Assembly (NCBI GenBank): GCA_951812955.1
Contig: OX638340.1
Span: forward strand, 1,568,001 to 1,632,000
Reading direction: 5' to 3'
From: an uncultured Gemmatimonadota bacterium
GTDB lineage: Bacteria; JAAXHH01
Length of the DNA: 64,000 nucleotides
Position numbers and translations under genes: made by a program. This document shows positions 1-9,386 of the stretch, one piece after another. Position 1 is the first letter of the stretch. Every line of letters begins with the position of its first letter. Under the pieces are notes generated by a model. The model was not told where the DNA came from. It made no database searches and saw nothing but the letters and a program-made list of their open reading frames with translations.

Positions 1-506
1 CCATCCACGCGCTGGATCTGCGGCTGGATCACCTTGGTGACGATGTTGTAGAACTCCGCGGGGTCCCCGCTCCACGCCACGCTGAAATTGTAGATGGGCA
101 TATCGTTCGGGTTCCAGCGCCGGATCCGGATGCGTTCGACGTCGGCGGGCAGTTCGCCCCGGACCTGATCGATCCGGTCCCGGACCTCCATGGCCGCCAT
201 GTTCATGTCCGTCCCGGTCTCGAACTCGATGCGCACCCGCGCGTTGTCGTCGCGGGAGTTGGACTCCATGCTCTTCATGTTGCTCAGCGTGCCGAAGGCG
301 TCCTCCAGCGGCCGCGTAATCAGCCGTTCCACTTCCTCGGGCGACGAGGAGGGGTAGGGCACGCTGACGTTCAGGGACGGGAAGGACATGTCCGGCAGGA
401 ACATCAACGGTAGCTTGGTGTAGGATATCATACCCAGCGTGACGACACTGACGATGATCATGATCGTCGTCACCGGGCGGTTTACGGAAAACTCGGCTAT
501 GCTCAT
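1..506 (-). CDS. RND efflux permease (AcrB/MdtC-like), N-terminal part only; the gene runs off the left edge of the window
   Basis: Minus-strand translation from the ATG at 504-506 gives MSIAEFSVNRPVTTIMIIVSVVTLGMISYTKLPLMFLPD, a typical RND N-terminal TM1 and periplasmic porter start. Its ATG overlaps the TGA of the upstream RND gene in an ATGA junction. Confidence 0.8.
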   Translation of the reverse strand, partial: MSIAEFSVNRPVTTIMIIVSVVTLGMISYTKLPLMFLPDMSFPSLNVSVPYPSSSPEEVERLITRPLEDAFGTLSNMKSMESNSRDDNARVRIEFETGTDMNMAAMEVRDRIDQVRGELPADVERIRIRRWNPNDMPIYNFSVAWSGDPAEFYNIVTKVIQPQIQRVD

Positions 507-3500
507 AGCTCTGCCACCTCCTGGGACACCGGTTGCCCGGTTGTTCTTGTGAATAGCTCGTATACCTTTGCCACGGCCGTCTCGATCGTCATGTAGATGA
601 GCGGCACGAGGACCAGCGTCACCACCGTACCGGCGATCAGGCCGCCGATCACGGTGATGGCCATGGGCGCACGCAACTCGGCGCCTTCACCCACGCCGAT
701 GGCCATGGGCAGCAAGCCGAGCACGGTGGTTGCCGTCGTCATCATGATGGGCCACAACCGAGTCTGCGCCGCCTCGACAATGGCGTCCTGCAGTTCCGTT
801 CCCTTCCGGCGCAACTGGTTGATGTAGTCCACCAGCACGATAGCGTTGTTTACCACGATCCCGGTCAGCATGATCACTCCGATCAGCACAACCACGCTGA
901 TCGTCTGGCCCGTGAGCACCAGCGTCGCTACTACGCCAATGATCGAGAACGGAAAAGTGAACATAATCACGAAGGGATGGAGCAGCGATTCGAACTGCGA
1001 CGCCATGACCAGATAGACGAGAAAGATCGAGAGCAGAATGGCGAACTGCAGGCTCGTGAAAGCCACCTGCATTTCCTCGTTCTGCCCCTTTATCCCCACG
1101 ACGAAATCGATAGGAAGCATGAAGCCGTCTATGATCCCCTGAATGTCTTCGGCCGCGTCTCCGAGCGAACGGCCCGACAAACCCGCGGACACGATGGCGA
1201 CCCGTTGCTGGTTGACCCTCCTGATCTCGCTCGGGCCCTGGGCGACACGGACTTCCGCCACGGCCGAGAGCGGAACGGACACCGCGCCTTCCGGGTTTAC
1301 CACCAGCCGCCGTATGGCGTCCAGGCTCAGCCGGGTCTCGTCCTCGGCCCACACACGGATGTCGATCTTCCGGTCCCGCCTCGTTAGCTCCGTGGCCACG
1401 TTGCCCTGGACCTTGTTCTGAACGATCTGGGTGACTGTGCCCAGGTTGAGGCCCAGGTTGGCAAGCTTCCTTCTATCGAAGAGGATCTGCACCTCGGGGT
1501 TTCCGCCTTCCATGCTGGCCTTCACGTCGGTCAGGCCGGGCACCAGGGACATCTCCGACGCGAGGTCTTCGGAAACTTCCGTCAGCCGGGTAAGGTTGTA
1601 TCCGCTGACTTCCACCTCCACCGGATTCTTGAAGCTGAAGAGCGCGGGACGGGCGAACTCGGGCGCTTCGATGCCGGGTATGGGTTCGAAACTGGTCCGC
1701 AAGCGGTTCATGACTTCCTCTTCCACCGCACCGCGGAGTCCGGGTTCAAGCCGGATGTGCAACTGCCCGATGTTCTCCCGTTCCTCGCCGGCGTTGCCGC
1801 CGGACTGGCCCATGGTTCCCGCCAGCACGTACACCGTGCTCACTTCCGGGTAGTCTGAGGCGATGTCCGACATGCGAATCAACACGTCCTCGGTTACCGG
1901 CAGCGGCGTACCCACGGGCAGCTTGACATTGACGAAGAACTCGCCCTGGCTCATCTGCGGGATCAGTTCGATACCGATCGTGGGAACGACATAGAGGGAA
2001 CCTGCCAGCACGGCGGTCCCTGCGAAAAGCGTGAGCGCGCGGTTGACCAGGGCCCATCGGAGGAAGGGCGGGTAGGCCCGGCGGATGACGGGGAAGATCC
2101 GGTCGAAAACCCAGCCCGCGGGCCAGAGTACGGTGCGCACGATCGCCCATGCCGACCAGAGCGTCCATCGCACGAGATAAAACACGCCGGTTACGACATA
2201 TCCCAGTACCTGGGAGAACCCGTTCCAGATCGCGCCGAAAATGGTACGGATCTTACCCAGCGCCGTAGTCGGTTCCTGCGCGGATTGATCGTCCGCGTCG
2301 TTTATGGACGCTTCCCGGTCTCGGTGCAGGATCGACGATATCACCGGTATCAGGGTGACGGCCACCAGGGTGGCCACGATGAGCGAGAAAGTGACGGCCA
2401 GCGCAAGGTCCCGAAACAACTGACCCGCGATGCCTTCCACAAAGACGATGGGCACGAAGACGCACACCGTGGTTAGCGTTGCGGCCACGACGGCCTGTCC
2501 GACCTCCGATGCGCCGAGGCGAACCCGTTCCGCAACGGGCTGATCTCCCCCTCGTCTTCGGTGCCGGTCGATGCCCTCCAGCACCACGATGGAGTTGTCC
2601 ACCAGCATTCCGACCCCCAGGGCCAGGCCGCCGAGGGACATGATGTTCAGCGAGACGTCGAAAACATAGAGAAAGAAAAACGTGGTGACCACCGAAATGG
2701 GGATGGACACGCCGATGATGAGACTGCTCGAACTACGTAGGAAGAGATACAGGACCAGGATGGCGAGTATACCGCCGTACAAGGCCGTCTTGAGCACTTC
2801 GTCCACCGACTGCTGGATGAAAATCGACTGGTCGAAGACGACTTCCAGATTCACCCCGGCGGTGAGTCCCTCCATGTCCGCCCGCACCGAGTCCAGCCGG
2901 TCCTTGACCACGCGCCCGACCTGGATCGTATTGGTTCCGGCTTCCTTGTAGATGGCGATCTCGATACTTTCCCGGCCGTCGATCCGCGCGGAGAGCTTGC
3001 GTTCCTTGTGGCTTTTTGAGACCGAGGCTACGTCGGAAAGCAGGATGGGCACGGTGTTGACCTGGCCGACGATGATATCGCCGATCTCGTCCACGGCCTG
3101 GAACTCGTTCAGGATTCGCACCAGGTATTCCGTCTCGCCGTCCTTGATGGTACCGCCCGCGATATTGACGTTTTCCTGCTCGAGCCGGGTGGCCACCTGG
3201 GTGATGGGAATCCCGAGGCTGGCCAGCCTGGATTCGTCCAGCTCTACGTGGATTTCTTCTTCCAGTCCACCGCTGATCTTGACGGCGGCGACGCCCTCGA
3301 GGGCTTCAAGCTCGCGCTTGATCTCCTCTTCCGCCATGATCCGAAGCGCGGTAAGGCTCTCGTTACCTGACAGGGCAATGCGCAGGATCGGGTCGAGGCT
3401 CGGGTCGAAGCGAAGCAGAATGGGCTTCTCGGCCGCCTGGGGCAAATTGAGCAGGTCGATCTTCTCCCGCACGTTCAGGCTGGCGAAGTCCATGTTGGTG

Positions 3501-3793
3501 CCCCACTCGAACTCCAGGATGACGTCGGACCGTTCCGGGCGCGATATGGAGCTGACGCGCACCACGCCGGTCACCACGCCCACCGCTTCCTCGATGGGTT
3601 CGGAAACGAGGTTCTCGATCTCGTTCGGTGCGGCGCCGATGTATTCGGTCCGCACCGTCAGGGTCGGGTACGTGATGTCCGGGAGCAGGTTGATGGGCAG
3701 CCGTGAGAATGCGATGGAGCCGAAGAGCAGCATCGCCGTCATCAACATGATGATCGTTACGGGCCTGCCGATGGAAAAACCGATGATTTTCAT
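503..3793 (-). CDS. RND family efflux transporter permease (HAE1/AcrB-like), 1096 aa
   Basis: 1096-aa ORF with a 12-TM RND architecture. N-terminus reads MKIIGFSIGRPVTIIMLMTAMLLFG, with large periplasmic loops and conserved TM4/TM10 regions. Lies in an operon with a membrane-fusion protein. Confidence 0.9.
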   Translation of the reverse strand: MKIIGFSIGRPVTIIMLMTAMLLFGSIAFSRLPINLLPDITYPTLTVRTEYIGAAPNEIENLVSEPIEEAVGVVTGVVRVSSISRPERSDVILEFEWGTNMDFASLNVREKIDLLNLPQAAEKPILLRFDPSLDPILRIALSGNESLTALRIMAEEEIKRELEALEGVAAVKISGGLEEEIHVELDESRLASLGIPITQVATRLEQENVNIAGGTIKDGETEYLVRILNEFQAVDEIGDIIVGQVNTVPILLSDVASVSKSHKERKLSARIDGRESIEIAIYKEAGTNTIQVGRVVKDRLDSVRADMEGLTAGVNLEVVFDQSIFIQQSVDEVLKTALYGGILAILVLYLFLRSSSSLIIGVSIPISVVTTFFFLYVFDVSLNIMSLGGLALGVGMLVDNSIVVLEGIDRHRRRGGDQPVAERVRLGASEVGQAVVAATLTTVCVFVPIVFVEGIAGQLFRDLALAVTFSLIVATLVAVTLIPVISSILHRDREASINDADDQSAQEPTTALGKIRTIFGAIWNGFSQVLGYVVTGVFYLVRWTLWSAWAIVRTVLWPAGWVFDRIFPVIRRAYPPFLRWALVNRALTLFAGTAVLAGSLYVVPTIGIELIPQMSQGEFFVNVKLPVGTPLPVTEDVLIRMSDIASDYPEVSTVYVLAGTMGQSGGNAGEERENIGQLHIRLEPGLRGAVEEEVMNRLRTSFEPIPGIEAPEFARPALFSFKNPVEVEVSGYNLTRLTEVSEDLASEMSLVPGLTDVKASMEGGNPEVQILFDRRKLANLGLNLGTVTQIVQNKVQGNVATELTRRDRKIDIRVWAEDETRLSLDAIRRLVVNPEGAVSVPLSAVAEVRVAQGPSEIRRVNQQRVAIVSAGLSGRSLGDAAEDIQGIIDGFMLPIDFVVGIKGQNEEMQVAFTSLQFAILLSIFLVYLVMASQFESLLHPFVIMFTFPFSIIGVVATLVLTGQTISVVVLIGVIMLTGIVVNNAIVLVDYINQLRRKGTELQDAIVEAAQTRLWPIMMTTATTVLGLLPMAIGVGEGAELRAPMAITVIGGLIAGTVVTLVLVPLIYMTIETAVAKVYELFTRTTGQPVSQEVAEL

Positions 3794-3839
3794 GTATAGA
3801 TTACCGTGTCACCTTGGAATTTGAGTTATTGTCGCAAAT

Positions 3840-4304
3840 TTAATGCTCGTCACCGATCAGTTCGTGAATCATCTGGACCAGTGCCTTGCTCGCCTCATCC
3901 ATGTTCGCCGACTCGCGGCGGGCCCCGAGGTAAAGATCCGCATACTGCTTGCAGATCGTAAGCGATGGCGCGAAGGCGCCGGCCGAATCCAGCTCGCGGC
4001 GCACACAGTCCACCGTACGATGAAACGTCTCGACCGTATCGAGGAACCCGTCCTTCAGTTCGGCCTCGCGCACTTTGCCCCAGATATCGGCCAGCACATC
4101 GCCTATTTCGGCCGGTTCGCAAACGCACAGGGTGTGCAGTTTCGGCCAGACCGCCCGGAACCGCTTCTCGACCTCTTCAAGCTTGTCCTCGCCGGGACTT
4201 TCAAGGGTCAGGGACCGCTGGATCAGTTTCTCGTATTCCGGTCCTTCCTGTGCCGCGGCGGGGATCGATATAGACGCAATAAGGAGCAATACTAACCAAC
4301 GCAT
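3840..4304 (-). CDS. Small secreted hypothetical protein (signal peptide, 4 Cys) encoded between the MFP and RND genes
   Basis: Opens with a signal peptide, MRWLVLLLIASISIPAAAQE. Same strand and spacing as the efflux operon. No recognisable family. Confidence 0.5.
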   Translation of the reverse strand: MRWLVLLLIASISIPAAAQEGPEYEKLIQRSLTLESPGEDKLEEVEKRFRAVWPKLHTLCVCEPAEIGDVLADIWGKVREAELKDGFLDTVETFHRTVDCVRRELDSAGAFAPSLTICKQYADLYLGARRESANMDEASKALVQMIHELIGDEH

Positions 4305-4380
4305 AATCTACCTCCCGTGACTGGGCATGTTGATTTCGCGTTCGTGTCTGACTCTTTGTGCTCGGTGATCGGTCAATTCG

Positions 4381-5979
4381 CTACTGCGGACGTCCGCCTC
4401 CATCCATCTTTCGCATATTGCGGAACTGCTCGATCATGAAAGCACGCTGCCTCTCTTCGTCCTCCGCGAAGCTCGGATCCTCTTCCACCTGCTTGTCGTA
4501 GGCCGCCTTGATCTCGGGATTCCGGAACATCCGCTCCTTCATCTGGGCGAGATCCATGTTCATCATACGGTTGCCGCCGCGCATGCCCCCGGTTCCGCCA
4601 CCGTCACCCTGTCCCGCGCCGCCCGCACCGGTCCTGCCGGATCCGCCGATTCCTTCCTGTGCCACCGGACGCCGTTCCGCGTTGCCCTGGCCGCCATCCG
4701 GGTTCGCCGTCGATGCTGCAGGCGCATCGGTCGATTCCGCACCCGAGCCGCCCCTACCTGCCGGCCGGGCGCCTGTTCCGCCATTCGTTCCTCCGGACCG
4801 TCCGCCCATTGCACCAGGCCTGCCGGCCATTCCCGATGGATCGCCGCCCATGCCACCGTCCATGCCTGCCGCGGCGGGCGGGGTCTGTCCAGCGATGCGT
4901 ACAGGCGCGCCGTTCCGGAGTCCTTCCTGGCCCACTGTAATGATGGAATCACCGTCGGACAGACCGGACAGCACCTCGACGTATTCCCCTTCGGCGATGC
5001 CGATTTCAAGGAGCCGCTTTTCGGCCGTGCCGTCCTGGAAAAGAAAGGCGTAGGATCCCTCCGCCTCGGCCACCAGGGCCTTCTTCTCGACCTGCAGCAC
5101 TTCTTCGTGGTTTGCGATCACCAGGTTGACGGTGGTAAACATGCCGGGTCTCAGCGTGCCTTGCCGATCCCTGATTTCCACCGTGACCTTTACCGTTCCG
5201 CTCTGGGGATCCACGACGGGACTGATCCGGGCGACCCGGCCCGCGTGGGTCTGGTCCGATCCCTCGACATTAATGCGCACGGACTGACCGGGCCGAACCT
5301 GTCCGATATCCTTTTCGGGCACGTATATGCGGGCAAGTAGCGGATCGAGATCCGCCGTCCGGAATACCACGTCATTCGCGTTCACCAGGTTTCCCACCTC
5401 GATCAACCGCTCCGTGATTATGCCGGAGAAAGGACTTCGAATCGTAGCGTATTCCAGTTGAAGCTTCGCCGACTCGTACTGGGTCTGTGCGGCCTCGTAC
5501 TGGAACTTCGTCTGTTCGAATTCCTGGCTGCTGAGCAGTTCCCGATCCAGCAGTTCCTGGGACCGATTGTAGTTCGATTCCAGGCTGTTCATGTTCACTT
5601 CCCGTTCCTTGAGCGTCAATTCCAGCGTGTCGGTGTCGAGCTGGGCAAGTGGCTGCCCTTCCTCCACGCGGTCGCCCTCCTCGACCAGGATGGTTTCCAC
5701 GAGCCCTTGCGTGCGGGAGACCACGTCCACGTGCCGCTCCGCCTCCAGCGAAGTGTAGGTCAGCAGCGTCGCGGCGATATTTCCCCGGCCCACGGTTTTC
5801 ACTTCGACCGGTATGGAAGCGCCGGTGCGCGCCATCGCGCCCATGCCGGGCCTGCCGCCGCGCTGAGCCTGATCTCCGTTTTCCTCCGCCTCCTCGTCGC
5901 CGCCGCAGGCGAGCGTGCCCGCCAACGCCAGTACCATCGACCAGGAAGCCAGTTTCCCTATCCCGAACCGCTTGAACAT
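4381..5979 (-). CDS. RND efflux membrane-fusion protein (HlyD/AcrA family periplasmic adaptor lipoprotein) with a ~170-aa Gly-rich C-terminal extension
   Basis: Biotinyl-lipoyl-like and beta-barrel MFP motifs (YESAKLQLEYATIRSPFSGII, VVDPQSGTVKVTVEI). Lipobox LAGTLAC. A GAAGGAG RBS sits 7 nt before the ATG at 5979; the ORF extends to 5994. The C-terminal tail is rich in GGMGG/GGTGG repeats. Confidence 0.85.
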   Translation of the reverse strand: MFKRFGIGKLASWSMVLALAGTLACGGDEEAEENGDQAQRGGRPGMGAMARTGASIPVEVKTVGRGNIAATLLTYTSLEAERHVDVVSRTQGLVETILVEEGDRVEEGQPLAQLDTDTLELTLKEREVNMNSLESNYNRSQELLDRELLSSQEFEQTKFQYEAAQTQYESAKLQLEYATIRSPFSGIITERLIEVGNLVNANDVVFRTADLDPLLARIYVPEKDIGQVRPGQSVRINVEGSDQTHAGRVARISPVVDPQSGTVKVTVEIRDRQGTLRPGMFTTVNLVIANHEEVLQVEKKALVAEAEGSYAFLFQDGTAEKRLLEIGIAEGEYVEVLSGLSDGDSIITVGQEGLRNGAPVRIAGQTPPAAAGMDGGMGGDPSGMAGRPGAMGGRSGGTNGGTGARPAGRGGSGAESTDAPAASTANPDGGQGNAERRPVAQEGIGGSGRTGAGGAGQGDGGGTGGMRGGNRMMNMDLAQMKERMFRNPEIKAAYDKQVEEDPSFAEDEERQRAFMIEQFRNMRKMDGGGRPQ

Positions 5980-6136
5980 GAACTGCTCCTTCAAATGTTA
6001 GACCCGGTGCACACCGGTCTCTTGATTTCTCCGGCCAACCTGCCCGCCCAAAGGGCTTTCCCTGCTACTTCAAAAGGACCCGGCCATCCGGACACGCCAT
6101 TGAATGGCACGGTGCCGGCCACTTCGGCCAGCCCCG

Positions 6137-6595
6137 CTATCTTCGACGGTATCCGCTTCTGAATCGCTCCTTGATCATGGTGAAGAACTTCGTCTGCTGT
6201 TCCGGGGTCAGCACCTCTTTGTGCGCCACGATGAAATCGAATACGATGGCCTCCCGTTCCGCCTGGAGCGAATCCATCTGCGCCTTGATCCGGTCGATCT
6301 CTCCGCGGTCTGTATCCGGCGCCATGAGCAGATCGTACAACTGGTCGCGTTTTTCTCGGTAACCTTCCCGGTAAGGCGTCAGTTGATCTCCGAGTCCGGA
6401 ACGCATTTGCCTGACCTGTTCCGCCTGTGTTTCAGTGAGACCGAGCCGTTCGGTTATGGACATCCTTCCCTCGCGCCGATCCTGCCGGTCGCGCCGTTCG
6501 TCGTCACCCCAGCGGTGATAGGCGCGGGTGGCCAGAGAGGCCAGGTTGATGACGGTCAGCAGGACCACGCCCCATATGATCAGTTTCTTCTTCAT
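6137..6595 (-). CDS. Spy/CpxP/ZraP-family periplasmic LTXXQ-motif protein (envelope stress chaperone / metal-resistance associated)
   Basis: N-terminal signal/TM segment and two LTXXQ motifs (LTETQAEQV, LTPEQQTKF). Charged helical protein immediately downstream of a sigma/anti-sigma pair. Confidence 0.7.
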   Translation of the reverse strand: MKKKLIIWGVVLLTVINLASLATRAYHRWGDDERRDRQDRREGRMSITERLGLTETQAEQVRQMRSGLGDQLTPYREGYREKRDQLYDLLMAPDTDRGEIDRIKAQMDSLQAEREAIVFDFIVAHKEVLTPEQQTKFFTMIKERFRSGYRRR

Positions 6596-6668
6596 CTGCC
6601 CGGTTCTTTCCTCGATTTGCCGTCAGACTGAACGGCTTTTGTACCGGTGTGTTCGCTCATCTGCCGGA

Positions 6669-7172
6669 TTAATCCCCGATTTCGTCCAGGTCCGGCAGCA
6701 GATAGTCCAGCTCGACCGTCTCGGCCGAGATTTGCTGAAGATCATCGGCAAAAGAGTACGCCAGTATACCCGTTTCCGAAGGCATCGGTTCGACTTGCGC
6801 AGCTTCTCCTTCGGTGCCGCTGCCGAGATAGGCGCCGATCACGATTCCGGCGGCCATCGTGACGGCCATCAACGCCGGCCGGACGAGCAAGGCGATCCGC
6901 GTCCCGACCGTCGGACCAGGTTCGATGGAGTCCTCGCCTCGAAGAGCCGCCTCGAAACGCGTACGCAGCCGAAGGGTAGGTCCGGTCACGTGCAGAAGGC
7001 TATCGGAATGCCAGGTTTCCCGCAGCGCGTCTACCCGTTCACGGCATCGGGGGCAGGTACGCAGGTGCGCCTCGCACTGTACCCGTTCTTCCGACGGAAG
7101 TTCTCCGTCGATGTAGAGGATGATTCGATCTTCGAGGTGACGATGATTCACGATGGAAGCCCGCCTGGTCAT
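6669..7172 (-). CDS. Anti-sigma factor, zinc-finger (zf-HC2) type, single TM
   Basis: Carries HLRTCPRCRERVDAL, the H-x3-C-x2-C motif of zinc-finger anti-sigma factors, plus a central TM helix. Directly follows the ECF sigma gene. Confidence 0.7.
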   Translation of the reverse strand: MTRRASIVNHRHLEDRIILYIDGELPSEERVQCEAHLRTCPRCRERVDALRETWHSDSLLHVTGPTLRLRTRFEAALRGEDSIEPGPTVGTRIALLVRPALMAVTMAAGIVIGAYLGSGTEGEAAQVEPMPSETGILAYSFADDLQQISAETVELDYLLPDLDEIGD

Positions 7173-7317
7173 GGTCGTGTGGGTTAATGGGACGGTGCCA
7201 CTACCCGTCCTGTTCGGTCACTACCCGTCCTGTCCCTTCCTAATGTGCTTAGACAATCCATCCGCTTCAACCATTCGTTTTTTGTGCATTGCCCAGCGGC
7301 AGAATCGGGGCGAACGT

Positions 7318-7908
7318 CTAAAGATCGCCCAGCAGCGGCCGCAGACGCTTGCCGAGGTTCGTCTTGGCCCGGTGCAGCAGGGACTCCACCGCGGAAGGCG
7401 AACATTCCATTACCTGGGCGATGGACTTGTATGACATTCGTTCGAAATGGGAGAGGATCAGGGCGGTACGCTGTCTTTCAGGAAGCGCGTCGATCGCCTT
7501 CCCGACGATGCGTTCCCTGTCCGCCTGCTGAAGTTCCTCCTCTGCGCCGACGCTCCGGTTACCGTGCGACGTCGCTTCATCGGCGCCTTCGTTCCAGAAG
7601 TCGAGGGCAAGCCACTGTAACCGGCGTTTCCGGCGCCGGACGTTCAGGCACTGGTTTACCGCGATACGGTAGAGCCAGGTGCCCGGGTCGGCATCCCCTC
7701 TGAACCGGTCGTATGCTTCCATGGCCCGGACGAAAACCTCCTGGGTAATGTCCTCCGCCTCCTGCGGATGTTCCATGAGCCGGTAGCAGGTCTGGTAGAT
7801 GCGCGCATGCCAGGCATCGAAGAGCCTTCGAAAGACCTCCTGCCGGTCTTCGGGAGCGTCTTCCCGGCGATCTCCGGATTGCTGTTTTTCGGCCACTGGC
7901 AACGGCAC
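7318..7908 (-). CDS. ECF (sigma-70 family, RpoE-like) RNA polymerase sigma factor
   Basis: Region 2 (DITQEVFVRAMEAYDRF, WLYRIAVNQCLN) and region 4 helix-turn-helix (MSYKSIAQVMECSPSAVESLLHRAK) are recognisable. Confidence 0.85.
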   Translation of the reverse strand: MPLPVAEKQQSGDRREDAPEDRQEVFRRLFDAWHARIYQTCYRLMEHPQEAEDITQEVFVRAMEAYDRFRGDADPGTWLYRIAVNQCLNVRRRKRRLQWLALDFWNEGADEATSHGNRSVGAEEELQQADRERIVGKAIDALPERQRTALILSHFERMSYKSIAQVMECSPSAVESLLHRAKTNLGKRLRPLLGDL

Positions 7909-8231
7909 CTTTCAGTCTGTCCTGGCGGATCTGGGAAAACACGTGCGCCGTCAACAATACTGCGGGACGGACCATGAATTCCGCGGGCTATCTTACCCTT
8001 GCGCCTCGAACGAACGGTCGCTATAATGAAGACGTTCGAAAAACTACTGATTCCCATGCTGACGAACGCAATGGAACGCGATGCGACGGACCGTTCGACG
8101 GAGATCCCACGTCTTCCAGGGCTTTCGCCGGACCCGGTTTCCATCCAGAATATACCATTTGAACGCAGATTTCTTGTCTATATGTTGACCCGCCCGAAAG
8201 CGGAGAAGCCACGAAGCCTGCGCGACAGGGC

Positions 8232-9218
8232 ATGACGGAGGTGGACATGTCACCCATTACCGATGAGCAGATGGCATTCTTCAAAGACCAGGGATACCTG
8301 ATGGTGAGGGGGTTGCTGGATCAGGAGGAAGTACTCGATCCCGTGATCGAGGAATACGGTACCGTGCTCGATCAGTTGGCGGAAGAGCTTTTCCTGGCGG
8401 GTAAAATCGAATCGAAATACGAAGATCTGCCATTTGGCGAACGCATCACGAAAGTCTGGGGTGAAAGCGGCAAGGTCCATGCCCAGTGTTTCGATTTCAC
8501 CCTGCCCCAGGGCAACATCAAGGAAGACACGCCGTTCTGGTGCGGTCCGGCGGTGTTCAACGTCCTGACAGATCCGCGGCTGCTCGACGCCGTGGAGGCC
8601 TTCATCGGCCCCGAAATCTACTCCAACCCGGTCCAGCATGTACGCATCAAGCTTCCTGAACACTTGACGCCCATCAATCCGGCGACTGGGCGCATTCAGC
8701 TCGGCATATCCCCGTGGCACCAGGACAACGGCGTCGTCACGAAGGAGGCCGATGACACCCACATGCTCACGGTCTGGTTCTCGCTGAGGGAAGCGACGAT
8801 CGAACAGGGATGCCTCACCGTCATTCCCGAAAGCCACCGCGACGGCCTGCTGCACCACTGCCCTGACATCTGGGGCCTCGAAATTCCCGAGAAGGTGAAG
8901 GACCGGTCCGCCGCCGTTCCCATGCCGACCAAGCCCGGTGACGTCCTGTTCCTGCACAAGCACACCTGCCACTCGTCGCTGCCCAACAAGAGCAACGAGA
9001 TCCGGTGGAGCTACGACCTGAGGTACAACCCGATCGGCCAGGCCTCCGGACGGGGCGCCTTCCCGGGATTCGTGGCCCGCAGCCGGACCAATCCAGAGTG
9101 GGTCCTGACCGATCCCGTCGCGTGGAACCAGATGTGGCTGGATGCCAGGGACGCCCTCGCCGGCATGCCCAATCCGTCCTTCAACCGCTGGAGCAAGGAT
9201 CACGAAATCTGCGCGTGA
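8232..9218 (+). CDS. Phytanoyl-CoA dioxygenase (PhyH) family Fe(II)/2-oxoglutarate-dependent oxygenase
   Basis: PhyH-type HxD..H facial triad (WHQDNG ... HKHTCHSS) and the typical N-terminal FFKDQGYLMV motif. Confidence 0.8.
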   Translation: MTEVDMSPITDEQMAFFKDQGYLMVRGLLDQEEVLDPVIEEYGTVLDQLAEELFLAGKIESKYEDLPFGERITKVWGESGKVHAQCFDFTLPQGNIKEDTPFWCGPAVFNVLTDPRLLDAVEAFIGPEIYSNPVQHVRIKLPEHLTPINPATGRIQLGISPWHQDNGVVTKEADDTHMLTVWFSLREATIEQGCLTVIPESHRDGLLHHCPDIWGLEIPEKVKDRSAAVPMPTKPGDVLFLHKHTCHSSLPNKSNEIRWSYDLRYNPIGQASGRGAFPGFVARSRTNPEWVLTDPVAWNQMWLDARDALAGMPNPSFNRWSKDHEICA

Positions 9219-9386
9219 CAGGTCATCCCGTCCGGTAAATCTGCGCGTGACGCGCCATCTGTGCCAGAATCCACCCGGGCAAAGCGCGGCAGGATATGAA
9301 TGAATCCGGCGCCCGCCATTGGTGCGAGGGTGGCCGCGTCCGCAAGCTGGGGAACCACAAGCCCGGCCGGAACGATTCAACGCGAT

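Noticed and set aside
3843-4295. 150-aa plus-strand ORF opposite the small secreted-protein gene
   Set aside because: The minus-strand frame has a signal peptide and matches the operon's orientation. The plus-strand product is Arg/Leu-rich with no features.
6004-6024. Imperfect hairpin (AGACCCGGTG / CACCGGTCT) between the LTXXQ gene and the MFP gene
   Set aside because: The stem has a bulge and a minimal loop, and no T-tract follows. It is probably just 5'-UTR structure, so it is not called a terminator or attenuator.
8073-8095. ECF-type promoter motif GGAAC...CGTT upstream of the first PhyH gene
   Set aside because: The spacer is only 14-15 nt, shorter than the 16-17 nt typical of ECF promoters, and there is no supporting -10. 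Not called.
8250-9380. 376-aa minus-strand ORF antisense to the first PhyH gene
   Set aside because: Shadow ORF (Arg/Gly/Pro/His-rich).
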